Notes: a model not told the origin generated them from the sequence alone. 64,000 bases of DNA from an uncultured Gemmatimonadaceae bacterium (GCA_964444685.1 CAYUIG010000021.1:98-64097), one strand, 5' to 3'. Positions 28,489 to 39,243 are shown, counted from the stretch's first letter. A program made the numbers and translations.

Positions 28489-28965
28489 TCAGGCGCAGGA
28501 CTCGCAGCGCCCGACGAGTTCCAATCGGTAGCCCTCCACGGCGAAGCCGGGTACGGGGCCCAGACGGGCGAAGGTGTCGCCGTCCAGGCGGCCCGGCACA
28601 TCGGTGACGCAGCCGCACACGACGCAGCGCGCGTGATGATGCGGATCGGTGCGGCCGTCGTAGCGGGCGGAGCCGTCGCCGTAGGTGAGCTTCAGAGCGA
28701 GGCCGCAGCCCACAAGGGTCTCGAGCGATTTGTAGACGGTGGCGAGGGAGATCTCGGGCAGCTGCCCACGCACGGCAGTGAACACTTCGTCCGCGGTGGG
28801 GTGCGTATCGGTGCTGACGAGGAAACGGTAGACCGCAGCGCGCTGATCGGTGTAGCGCTGGCCGTTCGCCTCGAGCGCCTCCCGCAGCAGCACGGCGGGC
28901 TCGTGTTCGGCGTCGTTGTGGATGACTTCCATCGTCGCTTCTTCGTACGGCGGCCGGGCCGTCAT
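28489..28965 (-). CDS. Fur-family metalloregulator (Zur/PerR-like)
   Basis: wHTH segment ISLATVYKSLETL, then HHHARCVVCG and the C-terminal GRCESC CxxC pair. The start is ATG 28965 or ATG 28932. Confidence 0.85.
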   Translation of the reverse strand: MTARPPYEEATMEVIHNDAEHEPAVLLREALEANGQRYTDQRAAVYRFLVSTDTHPTADEVFTAVRGQLPEISLATVYKSLETLVGCGLALKLTYGDGSARYDGRTDPHHHARCVVCGCVTDVPGRLDGDTFARLGPVPGFAVEGYRLELVGRCESCA

Positions 28966-29064
28966 GCCTCGTTCGAGAGGCTCGCCGGCAGCGGACCCTG
29001 TGGGTAAGATTACCGGTGCCGCAGCGAGAGTGTCAAGCCGCGGCGCCCCCTCACCGAGCGACCG

Positions 29065-29442
29065 ATGCAAGGAAGCGACAGCGGCACGCACAGTGTGATC
29101 GCGCTCCCGGCGGACCTGGTGTTCGCCTCGCGCATCCGCACGACGGCGCAGCAGGCGGGTGTCTCCGCACTCGTAGTCAGGACCGAGGCGGAGTTCGAGG
29201 AAGCGTTGCAGTCGGAGCCGCGCGCGCTTGCGCTGATCGATCTCGATGCGCGCAAGGTCGACGCGCCGGCGCTCATCCGCCGGCTGCGGGCCGCAGGCGC
29301 GCAGAACCGCATCATCGCATTCGGCTCGCACGTGGCCACGGAGAGTCTCAAGGCCGCGCGTGAGGCCGGCGCCGACCGTGTCATGGCGCGCTCCGCGTTC
29401 GTGCGCGAGCTGCCGCTGTTGCTCGTGATGCCCGACCGCTGA
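29065..29442 (+). CDS. Hypothetical protein with a receiver-like (alternating beta-alpha) pattern
   Basis: 125 aa with an ATG start. Features such as ALIDLD and IIAFGSH resemble a degenerate CheY-like fold. I cannot assign a family with confidence. Confidence 0.5.
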   Translation: MQGSDSGTHSVIALPADLVFASRIRTTAQQAGVSALVVRTEAEFEEALQSEPRALALIDLDARKVDAPALIRRLRAAGAQNRIIAFGSHVATESLKAAREAGADRVMARSAFVRELPLLLVMPDR

Positions 29443-29504
29443 ACGCACGAGGGCGCCCGATCCGCGACCGGGCGCCCTCGACATGCACCGCTTCGAACGA
29501 ACGC

Positions 29505-29897
29505 CTACGCGGCGTCCGCCTCTTCCTTCTTCTTGCAGTCGATGCAGTAGCGCGCGTGCGGCAGTGCATCGAGACGCTCGAAGTCGATCAGCTCACCGCA
29601 CGAGTGGCAGAGGCCGAACGTGTCCGGCTCCTTGTAGAGGCGCCGGAGCGCTTCCTCGACGCGGTAGAGGTAGCGTCCCTCCTTGCTCGCGAAGAGCAGC
29701 ATCTTCTCGCGCTCCATCGCGTCCGTGCCGAGGTCCGCCATGTGGTCCGAGTACGAGTACGAGTCGGAGTCGTTCTGCTCCGCCGACTGCTTCGCGAGCT
29801 CATCGAACTGCCCCAGCGAGCGCAGAGCGCGCTCCCGTTCGCGGAGCAGCCGCTTCTGAAGGTGCTCGATCTGCTTCTTCGTCAGCTTCTTCGCCAT
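29505..29897 (-). CDS. DksA/TraR-family C4 zinc-finger protein
   Basis: 130 aa from the ATG at 29897. A coiled-coil N-terminus is followed by the C4 finger CHSCGELI...ARYCIDC. Confidence 0.85.
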   Translation of the reverse strand: MAKKLTKKQIEHLQKRLLRERERALRSLGQFDELAKQSAEQNDSDSYSYSDHMADLGTDAMEREKMLLFASKEGRYLYRVEEALRRLYKEPDTFGLCHSCGELIDFERLDALPHARYCIDCKKKEEADAA

Positions 29898-29996
29898 GGG
29901 ATCCCGCTTCCCCTCGCGCTGCAAGGACGACCGCCAGACGTGGCGGATGGAATCCCGTAAGATAACGGCGCGAGTCCTTTCGATCAACGGTCGGCT

Positions 29997-31211
29997 CTAG
30001 GCCGTAACGAGCAGCCCGGTCGCGTACATGACGGCAAGGCCGAGGACGAGACCGGCGGCATTGAGGCCGGCGAATTCATGCGTTCCGCTCCACAGCCTGC
30101 GACCGAGTATCCACACCACCTGCGCTACGGCACCGACACCGATGGCGTAGAAGAGGGTGGTGAGAATGGGGGAGTACGTGAAGCCGCCGATCCACGCACC
30201 GAGGATGGTCGGTGCACCGGCGACGAGGCCGAGCGCGGCAAGCGCGCGCAGGCTGGGTCGCTCATCGGCGAGCGGCGCGACGATGCCGAGGCCTTCCGTC
30301 GTGTTGTGAATGAGGAAGCCGAGCACGAGGAAGGTGCCGAGTGCGATGGCGCCCGCCGAGTACGCCGCGCCGATGGCCAGACCCTCGCCCAGGTTGTGCA
30401 AGCCGATGGCGATGGCAATCAGCGTCGAGATGCGGAACGCCGCTGTGCCCTCGCTGCGGCGTCGCGAACTGAGTGCCTGGATGAGCAGCGGCGTGCCGAT
30501 GGTGCCGATGAGTACGAGCCCGACGCCCTGGAACGCACCCGCGACCGCGCCGGCCGACGCGAGCGCGGCCTCGAACGCGTCGACGCCGAGGAAAACGAGC
30601 AGGCCGACGGTGAAAGCGAGAAAGAAGTCGACCCAGTGTCGGCGCACGGAACGCAGGAACGGCAGCCAGAGCAGTCCGAGGAAGACAGGTATCACGCCGA
30701 CGTACACGCCGAGCAAAGCGAACGTCGTGAGGTAGCGACCGTCCGGCGTCGGCGTCTGCGTCGCGACGTCCACCGTCGCGTCGAACGTCACGCCCGTGCT
30801 GCTCACCAGCCGCACCGTGAGCGGCTCGCCTTCGACCCACGGATAGGGAACGATCAGTTCGCGCGTGGCGAGGCGAGGAAGGTGCGCGCCCTCCGGTGCG
30901 GTGAAGGGCCAGGTCGCATCATCGACGATCACCTGCGCGATCGTCACGGGCTCCGGTCCGCCGTTCACTACACGTACGCGCATCTCGTTTGCGGCGGGCA
31001 GCGTGATCCGTTCGATCGTCAGTTCCTCGACGGGCGGAAACGCGGCGCGCAACACGCCGAGCGGGCCGACACGCAGGAACACGAAGACGAGCAGTGCAAG
31101 CAGCGAAAGCGGCAGCAGTCCCTTCACCCAGGTCGGCACGCTGTGCGTCTCTTCTTCGGGCGTGGATGACGCGTGCGACCGAGGCACCGTATCCAGTCCG
31201 GCCTCACGCAT
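29997..31211 (-). CDS. ZIP-family metal (zinc) transporter with an N-terminal extracytoplasmic domain
   Basis: 404 aa carrying the ZIP signatures GLHNLGEGLAIG and LIHNTTEGLG. It overlaps the upstream multicopper oxidase gene by 8 nt. Confidence 0.8.
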   Translation of the reverse strand: MREAGLDTVPRSHASSTPEEETHSVPTWVKGLLPLSLLALLVFVFLRVGPLGVLRAAFPPVEELTIERITLPAANEMRVRVVNGGPEPVTIAQVIVDDATWPFTAPEGAHLPRLATRELIVPYPWVEGEPLTVRLVSSTGVTFDATVDVATQTPTPDGRYLTTFALLGVYVGVIPVFLGLLWLPFLRSVRRHWVDFFLAFTVGLLVFLGVDAFEAALASAGAVAGAFQGVGLVLIGTIGTPLLIQALSSRRRSEGTAAFRISTLIAIAIGLHNLGEGLAIGAAYSAGAIALGTFLVLGFLIHNTTEGLGIVAPLADERPSLRALAALGLVAGAPTILGAWIGGFTYSPILTTLFYAIGVGAVAQVVWILGRRLWSGTHEFAGLNAAGLVLGLAVMYATGLLVTA

Positions 31212-32226
31212 GCAGCCGCTCCTTCACATCGAACAGTCCCATCCACCCCAGCTCGGCAAACTCGCTCTGATGCGCGTGGAACATGAACTTGCCCGGGAAC
31301 TTGAAGCTGAACTCGAGCACGGCGCGCTCGCCCTGACAGAGCATCACCGTGTCCGTCCACTCGTAGCGCTCGAGGTTCGTTCCCGTGCGGTAGAGGCGGA
31401 AGAAGTTGCCGTGCAGGTGGAACGAGTTGATCAGATCGAACTCGGTGATGTTCGTCAGATACACACGCACGAGCTCGTTCATCTCGAGTTCGATGGGATG
31501 CGACTGATAGTGGAAGCCCACCGTGTTGACCGCGTAGACCTCGTTGTCACCATCGAAGTTCGTGTCGAACCCGTTCATCACCATCACCAGCTCGCGCGCG
31601 GGCGGACGGCCGCCCGGTGGATCGATGATGAACGTGCCGTACAGCCCTTTGTGAATGTGCCGCTTCAGCGGCATGGTGTGGCAGTGATAGAGCTGGAGGC
31701 CGAACGGTTCCGCGTCGAACTCGTACACGAAGCTGTCGCCCGGCTCGACGATCTCGAATACGCCATCCATGTTCGCGGCGTGGATGCCGTGGAAGTGGAT
31801 CGTGTGCGGATGCGCGCTCGCGTTCACGAAGTTTACGCGCACGCGGTCGCCCTCCGTGCAGCGCAGCGTCGGGCCGGGCACCTGCCCGTTGTACGTCCAG
31901 GCGGGGAAGAACACGCCGGGCGCCACCTCGATCTCCCGGTCCACCGCCACCATGTCGTACTCGCGCAGCGTGCGTCCATCGGGCGTTGTGCTCACCCGCC
32001 CGGTGTCGAAGTGCGTCAGAAACGCCATCGGGTCGAACCCGCCCGGCTGCAGCGCGCCCACGGGCCCGCCATGCAGATGGGCGATGGATGCCCCATCGGG
32101 CGACTGCTCCCCCGACGCCGGCCGGACGCCCCGCAGCGCCGCGCCGCCCGCGGCCAGTCCGGCCGCCCCGATCGCTCCCGCCAGCAGCTCGCGGCGGGAA
32201 AGTCCCTGTTTTCCGTCCGTGCTCAT
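31204..32226 (-). CDS. Two-domain multicopper oxidase (nitrite-reductase-like cupredoxin), Tat-exported
   Basis: Twin-arginine signal LSRRELLAGA. Copper ligand motifs: HTIHFHGIH, YHCHTMP..H, FMFHAHQSEF. Confidence 0.8.
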   Translation of the reverse strand: MSTDGKQGLSRRELLAGAIGAAGLAAGGAALRGVRPASGEQSPDGASIAHLHGGPVGALQPGGFDPMAFLTHFDTGRVSTTPDGRTLREYDMVAVDREIEVAPGVFFPAWTYNGQVPGPTLRCTEGDRVRVNFVNASAHPHTIHFHGIHAANMDGVFEIVEPGDSFVYEFDAEPFGLQLYHCHTMPLKRHIHKGLYGTFIIDPPGGRPPARELVMVMNGFDTNFDGDNEVYAVNTVGFHYQSHPIELEMNELVRVYLTNITEFDLINSFHLHGNFFRLYRTGTNLERYEWTDTVMLCQGERAVLEFSFKFPGKFMFHAHQSEFAELGWMGLFDVKERLHA

Positions 32227-32342
32227 GATCCCTCCTGAAATTTAGGATAGCCAAAAAATCTGCCTGAGTCAAGGATCATCGGGCTTGGCGAGGGCGGCGG
32301 GGCGGGGATACGTTGCGCCCGGACCCGGAGAGGAGAGTGCGG

Positions 32343-34289
<1,947 letters not shown>

Positions 34290-34297
34290 CAGCATCA

Positions 34298-34535
34298 ACC
34301 GCCGAGTACGCCGAGGACGCCGAGAACTTCAACAGCAATTTCACCGCGGAGGGCGCGGAGGGCGCGGAGAACGAATCTTCTTTGGTTGGTTTCCGGTGAT
34401 TCACGTTCGCGGTGAGGGTCAGACTTCAACGCGACGTTTGAATACCGGGAACAACAAAAATACTCCGCGTTCTCCGCGAACTCCGCGGTGAAACATTCCG
34501 TTGAAGTTCTCGGCGTCCTCGGCGTGCTCGGCGTT
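34298..34535. repeat. Nested long inverted repeat built from 9-nt tandem units (GCCGAGGAC and GCGCGGAGG types)
   Basis: The outer arms 34298-34333 and 34500-34535 match at 33-34 of about 35 positions as reverse complements. The inner arms 34338-34373 and 34466-34494 both begin TTTCACCGCGGAG. The AT-richer core is about 90 nt. Confidence 0.9.
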
Positions 34536-34545
34536 AAAGCGTTGT

Positions 34546-35373
34546 TCAGTCGCCCAGAGGATCGGTCGTTCTGGGATGCTTTGGACGCTCGTCCATGGGC
34601 GGCTTGTCGAAGCGCGGATGCGCGGGGATGCCGACGGAGACCTTGCCGCCGGGGAGATCCTTGGTGGCGAGGCCCAGGGCGCCGATCATGGCATCGGGCT
34701 CCATGTGGACGCCGGCGAGGATGGTGGCGTGGTAGGTGATGCGCACGCCGTCGCCGAGGATGGTGACGGGGGAGCGTACGTCGCGCTGGTCGCCGAGATC
34801 GTGGGTGTGGCTGTAGACGTTGGCGAAGTCGGCGATCGAGACCTTGTTGCCCATCCGGATTCCGCCGCGATCGTCGAGCAGCACGAAGCGGTGTACGACG
34901 CAGTCGTCGCCGACCTCCATGTTGTAGCCGAACGAGAACTTCACGAACTGGAAGCACTTGAAGTTCTTTCCGCAGCGTCGGAAGATGTGGCGGGCGAGGA
35001 CGCGGCGGAGCTTGACGCCGAGGTGGATGTTCTCGCCGGCGGGCGACTTGTCGAACATTTCCCAGAGCCAGAGGAGCGGCTTGACTCGTGCGAAGGCGTC
35101 GGCGTCGACGTCGCTGTAGTACTCGGGCTCCAGGGTGACGTTGCGGGGATCCATCTGGAGGAGGCCGATGCGGACGTCCTCCGGCAGGGTCTCGGGGTCC
35201 GTGTCGCGGAGTCCGGGGTAGTAGAGTCGGGTCAGGACCCGGCGGCAGAGTTCGTTGCGGTCGCAGTCGGGTTGGTCGAGCTCTTCGGCGATGGAGCCGA
35301 CCCACCGGTCGTAGGCCGCCACGGTGTCGGCCGGAAGTTCGACGGGCCGGAGCGGAAGAAATCGGAAGGCCAT
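34546..35373 (-). CDS. Hexapeptide-repeat (left-handed beta-helix) acyl/acetyltransferase
   Basis: 275 aa from the ATG at 35373. The C-terminal LbH repeats run IRMGNKVSIADFANVY...VTILGDGVRITYHATILAGVHMEPDAMIGA. Confidence 0.75.
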   Translation of the reverse strand: MAFRFLPLRPVELPADTVAAYDRWVGSIAEELDQPDCDRNELCRRVLTRLYYPGLRDTDPETLPEDVRIGLLQMDPRNVTLEPEYYSDVDADAFARVKPLLWLWEMFDKSPAGENIHLGVKLRRVLARHIFRRCGKNFKCFQFVKFSFGYNMEVGDDCVVHRFVLLDDRGGIRMGNKVSIADFANVYSHTHDLGDQRDVRSPVTILGDGVRITYHATILAGVHMEPDAMIGALGLATKDLPGGKVSVGIPAHPRFDKPPMDERPKHPRTTDPLGD

Positions 35374-35499
35374 CGGTCCTCGCAGTCGGAATCGGCGCTG
35401 CGGGGCGGAAGGTATTCGGCGGAATGGTCGGCTGCAACCGTGCGGCGGGCCGGGTCGTAAGGGGTGGAGACAGTGAATCCGGGATCGACAGGAGCGGGC

Positions 35500-35892
35500 A
35501 TGCACGATGTGCTGAAGGAACGGATCTGGAGGCGGCTGGAGGTGCTGCCGCCGGCACAGCTCTACGAGGTGCTCGACTTCATCGAGTTCCTGGAGGCGAA
35601 GTACGCGAAGGATGCGGCGCGGAAGCCGGACGGCTTCCAGCGGTTCGCGGAGCGTCTCGAGGACGGGCTGCGGGTGCGGTCGGTCGCGCCAAAGGTGATC
35701 AGCGGCACCGTCGGCCTGCTCGGCACCGCGCGCAAGGTGGTGCGTTCGGTCGGTGACGCGGGCCGCGACCTGCTGGGCGCGCTGGAGTCTCCGTCGCCGT
35801 CGTCGCCGCCGGATCGGCCGCGCCTCGAGCCGCCGGCGGTGGATCGTCCGGCGCCGGCCGAGGGCAACGGCACGTCGCCGGAGGGACGGTGA
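35500..35892 (+). CDS. Hypothetical protein with a DUF2281-like N-terminus
   Basis: The ATG at 35500 is preceded by GGAGCGGG. The N-terminus RLEVLPPAQLYEVLDFIEFLEAKY resembles the DUF2281 antitoxin-like helix. The C-terminal tail is low-complexity and Pro-rich. Confidence 0.5.
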   Translation: MHDVLKERIWRRLEVLPPAQLYEVLDFIEFLEAKYAKDAARKPDGFQRFAERLEDGLRVRSVAPKVISGTVGLLGTARKVVRSVGDAGRDLLGALESPSPSSPPDRPRLEPPAVDRPAPAEGNGTSPEGR

Positions 35893-36308
35893 AACGGCGT
35901 CGGCGCCGCGTGCTGAAACGGCGGCGACCGACGCCGCGCGGGCTGGCACGTTCGCTCGTACGTGAGCTGCCGAAGTTCCTGAAGCTGATCGTGCGCCTGA
36001 TGCGCGATGCGCGCGTGTCGATGGGGGATCGCATGCTGTTCGGCGGCGTGCTCGTGTACGTGCTCACGCCCGTCGATCTCATTCCCGACTTCCTCGTCGG
36101 ACTCGGGCTCGTCGATGACCTGTACCTGATCGGGCTCGCGCTCGCGCGCCTGCTCGGGCGTGCGGGGCACGACGTGCTGATCGAGCACTGGGACGGCAAC
36201 CCGGAGCAGCTCGGCTACTTCATGGAAGCCGTGGAGGACCTGGGACGTCTGCTGCCGCGCGGTGTGCGGCGCGTACTCGGCGGTGCGGTCCGCGAGGAGA
36301 CGGCGTGA
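35889..36308 (+). CDS. YkvA/DUF1232-family membrane protein
   Basis: The GTG start overlaps the previous stop (GTGA). The DUF1232 core is [24 protein letters not shown]. Confidence 0.7.
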   Translation: MKRRRRRVLKRRRPTPRGLARSLVRELPKFLKLIVRLMRDARVSMGDRMLFGGVLVYVLTPVDLIPDFLVGLGLVDDLYLIGLALARLLGRAGHDVLIEHWDGNPEQLGYFMEAVEDLGRLLPRGVRRVLGGAVREETA

Positions 36309-36312
36309 CGGC

Positions 36313-36341
36313 TTGACACTGCGCGGCGGGGGCCTCTACCT
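36313..36341 (+). promoter_or_regulatory. Possible sigma70-type promoter upstream of guaB
   Basis: TTGACA at 36313-36318 and a TAnnnT hexamer (TACCTT) after an 18-nt spacer. The -10 element is weak. Confidence 0.25.
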
Positions 36342-36436
36342 TCCCGCATGGAAAGACCAACGTACCTGCATGCGCCCGCGTGGCCGCCTCCCGAGGGGAG
36401 GATGGGCCGGCGGGCGCTCGACGTTTCTGCCACGAT

Positions 36437-37915
36437 ATGATCGATCCCGACGCGCACCCGCGCTTCACTCGACGCGGGCTGACCTTCGACGATGTGCTGC
36501 TGGTCCCCGCCCATTCGGAAGTACACCCCCGTGACACCGATGTCCGCACGCGCCTGACCGCGCGCATCGAGCTGTCCATTCCGCTGCTCGCGGCCGCAAT
36601 GGACACGGTGACGGAATCGCGGATGGCGATCGCGATCGCGCGTGAGGGCGGCATCGGCATCATCCACAAGAACATGCCGATCGACCGGCAGGCATCCGAG
36701 GTGGATCGGGTGAAGCGGTCGGAGAGCGGCATGATCCTGAACCCGATCACGCTCACACCGGAGCGGTCGATCCGCGATGCGGTGCGGCTGATGGAGAAGT
36801 TCTCGATCAGCGGTGTGCCGATCGTGGATGAGGAAGGCCGGCTCCAGGGCATTCTGACGAACCGCGACCTGCAGTTCGAGACGCAGTTCGAGCGGCCGAT
36901 CCGTGATGTGATGACGCGCGAAGGACTGATCACGGCTCCAGTCGGCACGTCGCTTGATGAAGCCGAGCGCATCCTGCACAGGGAACGCATCGAGAAGCTG
37001 CCCGTGGTGGATGCAGACGGGACGCTGCGCGGTCTCATCACGGTGAAGGACATCTTCAAGCGGCGGCAGTTCCCGAACTCGTGCAAGGACGAACACGGCC
37101 GGCTGCGCGTGGGCGGCGCGATCGGCACGTCGGCGCAGGAGCTGGATCGTGCGCGTGCGCTGCTGGACGCGGGCTGCGACCTGCTGGTGATCGACACCGC
37201 ACACGGCCATTCCGCCGGTGTGCTGATCGCACTCGAGCGTGTACGCGCCGCATTCCCTGACGCACAGATCGTGGCGGGTAACGTGGGCACCGCGGAGGGC
37301 GCGCGTGCACTCGCGGAGCGCGGCGCCGATGCGGTGAAGGTCGGCATCGGTCCGGGCTCCATCTGTACGACGCGCGTCGTCACGGGTGTCGGCGTGCCGC
37401 AGCTCACCGCGGTGATGGAAGCCGTGGAGGGCGTGAAGGGAAGTGTGCCGATCATCGCCGACGGCGGCATCCGCTACTCGGGCGACATCGTGAAGGCGAT
37501 CGCCGCGGGCGCCGCGTGCGTGATGATGGGTTCGCTGCTCGCCGGCACCGAGGAGAGTCCGGGCGAGAGCTTCCTGCTCGAAGGGCGCCGGTACAAGACC
37601 GTGCGCGGCATGGGCTCGCTCTCTGCGATGGAGCAGGGCAGTGCCGACCGCTACTTCCAGGAGGAGCAGGCGCAGGACACGCGCAAGCTCGTACCGGAAG
37701 GGATCGAAGGCCGCGTGCCGTACAAGGGGCCCGCATCCGATGTCGTGTTCCAGCTCGTGGGCGGCCTGCGCTCCGGCATGGGTTACGTCGGTTGCGCGAA
37801 CATCGAGGAGCTGCGAACGAAGCCGCGCTTCATGCCGATCACCGGCGGCGGCCTCCGCGAATCGCACCCGCACGACGTCGCGATCACGAGGGAGGCCCCG
37901 AACTATCATCTATAA
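36437..37915 (+). CDS. guaB: IMP dehydrogenase
   Basis: 492 aa from the ATG at 36437. It has [10 protein letters not shown], a CBS pair, the catalytic loop [11 protein letters not shown], and GGIRYSGD. Confidence 0.95.
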   Translation: MIDPDAHPRFTRRGLTFDDVLLVPAHSEVHPRDTDVRTRLTARIELSIPLLAAAMDTVTESRMAIAIAREGGIGIIHKNMPIDRQASEVDRVKRSESGMILNPITLTPERSIRDAVRLMEKFSISGVPIVDEEGRLQGILTNRDLQFETQFERPIRDVMTREGLITAPVGTSLDEAERILHRERIEKLPVVDADGTLRGLITVKDIFKRRQFPNSCKDEHGRLRVGGAIGTSAQELDRARALLDAGCDLLVIDTAHGHSAGVLIALERVRAAFPDAQIVAGNVGTAEGARALAERGADAVKVGIGPGSICTTRVVTGVGVPQLTAVMEAVEGVKGSVPIIADGGIRYSGDIVKAIAAGAACVMMGSLLAGTEESPGESFLLEGRRYKTVRGMGSLSAMEQGSADRYFQEEQAQDTRKLVPEGIEGRVPYKGPASDVVFQLVGGLRSGMGYVGCANIEELRTKPRFMPITGGGLRESHPHDVAITREAPNYHL

Positions 37916-38005
37916 GGGTCTGGTTGCTGGGAACTGGTTCCTGGAGTCTGGTTTTTTTGCCAGTGGATTCGAACCAGACTCCAGACTCCAGACTCCAGTC
38001 TCCAG
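37916..38005. repeat. Hairpin element with heptamer-repeat arms, sibling of 28314-28450
   Basis: Left arm 37916-37951 reads GGGTCTGGTTGCTGGGAACTGGTTCCTGGAGTCTGG. Right arm 37974-38005 reads (CCAGACT)3CCAGTCTCCAG. The 22-nt core contains T7 and GGATTCGAACC. The element begins 1 nt after the guaB stop. Confidence 0.85.
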
Positions 38006-38061
38006 AAACGGGAACGGACCTTGCCGCCGTAAGCCACGGAACCCCAATCGAGGCATGGTCG

Positions 38062-39159
38062 ATGATCGCACAGGAAATCCGCATCCTCGCCGATCGGCCC
38101 GTAACGGATCGGGCGGTGGTCTCCCTGTTCCTCGACATGAGCGTGAACGCTGAGAACAAGCGCACGCATCACGTCTTCCTCAACAAACTTCGCAGTCGTC
38201 ACGCCGAAAACGCGGAAGCGCTGAGTGCGTTCTTCGAACGCGTGGCGCGGTGGCTGGGTTCGCAGTTCGAGGAATCGAATCGCGGCGTTGCACTGTACGC
38301 GGAACTCGGCAGCGACTGGTTCCACACCGTGCAGCTGCCGGTGCCACTGGAGAACCGGCTCGAGGTGGGTGCGCGTCCGGTGATCGAGCCGCTGGTGCAG
38401 GCAGACGCGGAGAATCCGCTCTTTGCTGCCGCGCTCGTCGATCGCGAGCATCTGCGGCTGCTGGCGATGCGTATGGGTCGCGTGCTCGACGAGCGCGCGT
38501 TCAATCCGGATGCGGAGGATGTGCCGCACGACGTGCAGGCGGGCGGCTACTCGCAGAAGGACATCCAGAAGCGGAAGGCGGAGGAGACGCGGCAGTTCTT
38601 CCGAGACTTCGCGGAGCGGATGATGGAGTTCGACAAACGCCATGCTCCGCAGCACTGGATCCTGCTGGGGACGAAGGAGAACGTGCAGCATTTCCGCGAG
38701 TACCTGCCGGACTCGCTCGTCAACAAGGTGGCGGGCACGGCGCACGTGCCGTTCGATGCGGCCGCGCCGGAGATCGTGCAGCGGCTCACGGTGGTGATGG
38801 AGGAAACGCGAGCGCGGTCGGCCGCCGAGGCGGTGGAGCGGACGCGGGAACGGCTGCGTACCGGTCACATGGCGGTGCGCGGGATGGATGACGTCCTGGA
38901 GGTGCTCCAGGAGGGGAAGGTCGCGGGGCTGGTGGTGAGCGGGGAGGCGCCGCGGAAGGGCGCGGAATGCGCCCGCTGCGGATTCCTCCTGGCCCGTGCA
39001 GACGGGGCGTGCCCGTACTGCGGCGGTGAGGTCCGGGACGGGGTGGACCTGGTCGAGGCGGTGCTGCGGATCGCGGCCCGGCGCGACGTGCCCGTCGAGT
39101 TCGTGGATGATGGGGCCCTCGGCGCGGGCAGCGGGGTGGGCGCCCTGCTGGCTTTCTGA
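38062..39159 (+). CDS. eRF1-superfamily protein (bacterial baeRF1/Vms1-like putative peptidyl-tRNA hydrolase) with a zinc ribbon in the C-terminal domain
   Basis: 365 aa from the ATG at 38062. It shows a three-domain eRF1-like layout, a GGQ-loop-like motif VQAGGYSQKDIQKRK, and a C-terminal eRF1_3-like domain carrying CARCG...CPYCGG. Assigned from motif memory only. Confidence 0.65.
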   Translation: MIAQEIRILADRPVTDRAVVSLFLDMSVNAENKRTHHVFLNKLRSRHAENAEALSAFFERVARWLGSQFEESNRGVALYAELGSDWFHTVQLPVPLENRLEVGARPVIEPLVQADAENPLFAAALVDREHLRLLAMRMGRVLDERAFNPDAEDVPHDVQAGGYSQKDIQKRKAEETRQFFRDFAERMMEFDKRHAPQHWILLGTKENVQHFREYLPDSLVNKVAGTAHVPFDAAAPEIVQRLTVVMEETRARSAAEAVERTRERLRTGHMAVRGMDDVLEVLQEGKVAGLVVSGEAPRKGAECARCGFLLARADGACPYCGGEVRDGVDLVEAVLRIAARRDVPVEFVDDGALGAGSGVGALLAF

Positions 39160-39160
39160 C

Positions 39161-39190
39161 TTGACAGGGGGTGAGGCCGGAGGGTATCAT
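39161..39190 (+). promoter_or_regulatory. Candidate sigma70-type promoter for the 39244 gene
   Basis: TTGACA at 39161-39166, an 18-nt spacer, then TATCAT at 39185-39190, about 54 nt upstream of the ATG. Confidence 0.35.
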
Positions 39191-39243
39191 GCCAATCCCG
39201 CAGCGTCTCTCCCCCGGCATGCATTCTTTTCACCGGTGACCCC

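Noticed and set aside
37952-37980. tRNA or tmRNA fragment, suggested by a GGTTCGAATCC-like T-loop plus TGGCA on the minus strand. Similar TTCGAATCG strings occur at 23330, 23515, 23800, 23970 and 24140
   Set aside because: Only about 3 bp of T-stem can be formed, and there is no acceptor, D or anticodon arm. The string sits in the loop of a repeat hairpin. It is kept only as a speculative ancestry note, not as an RNA gene.
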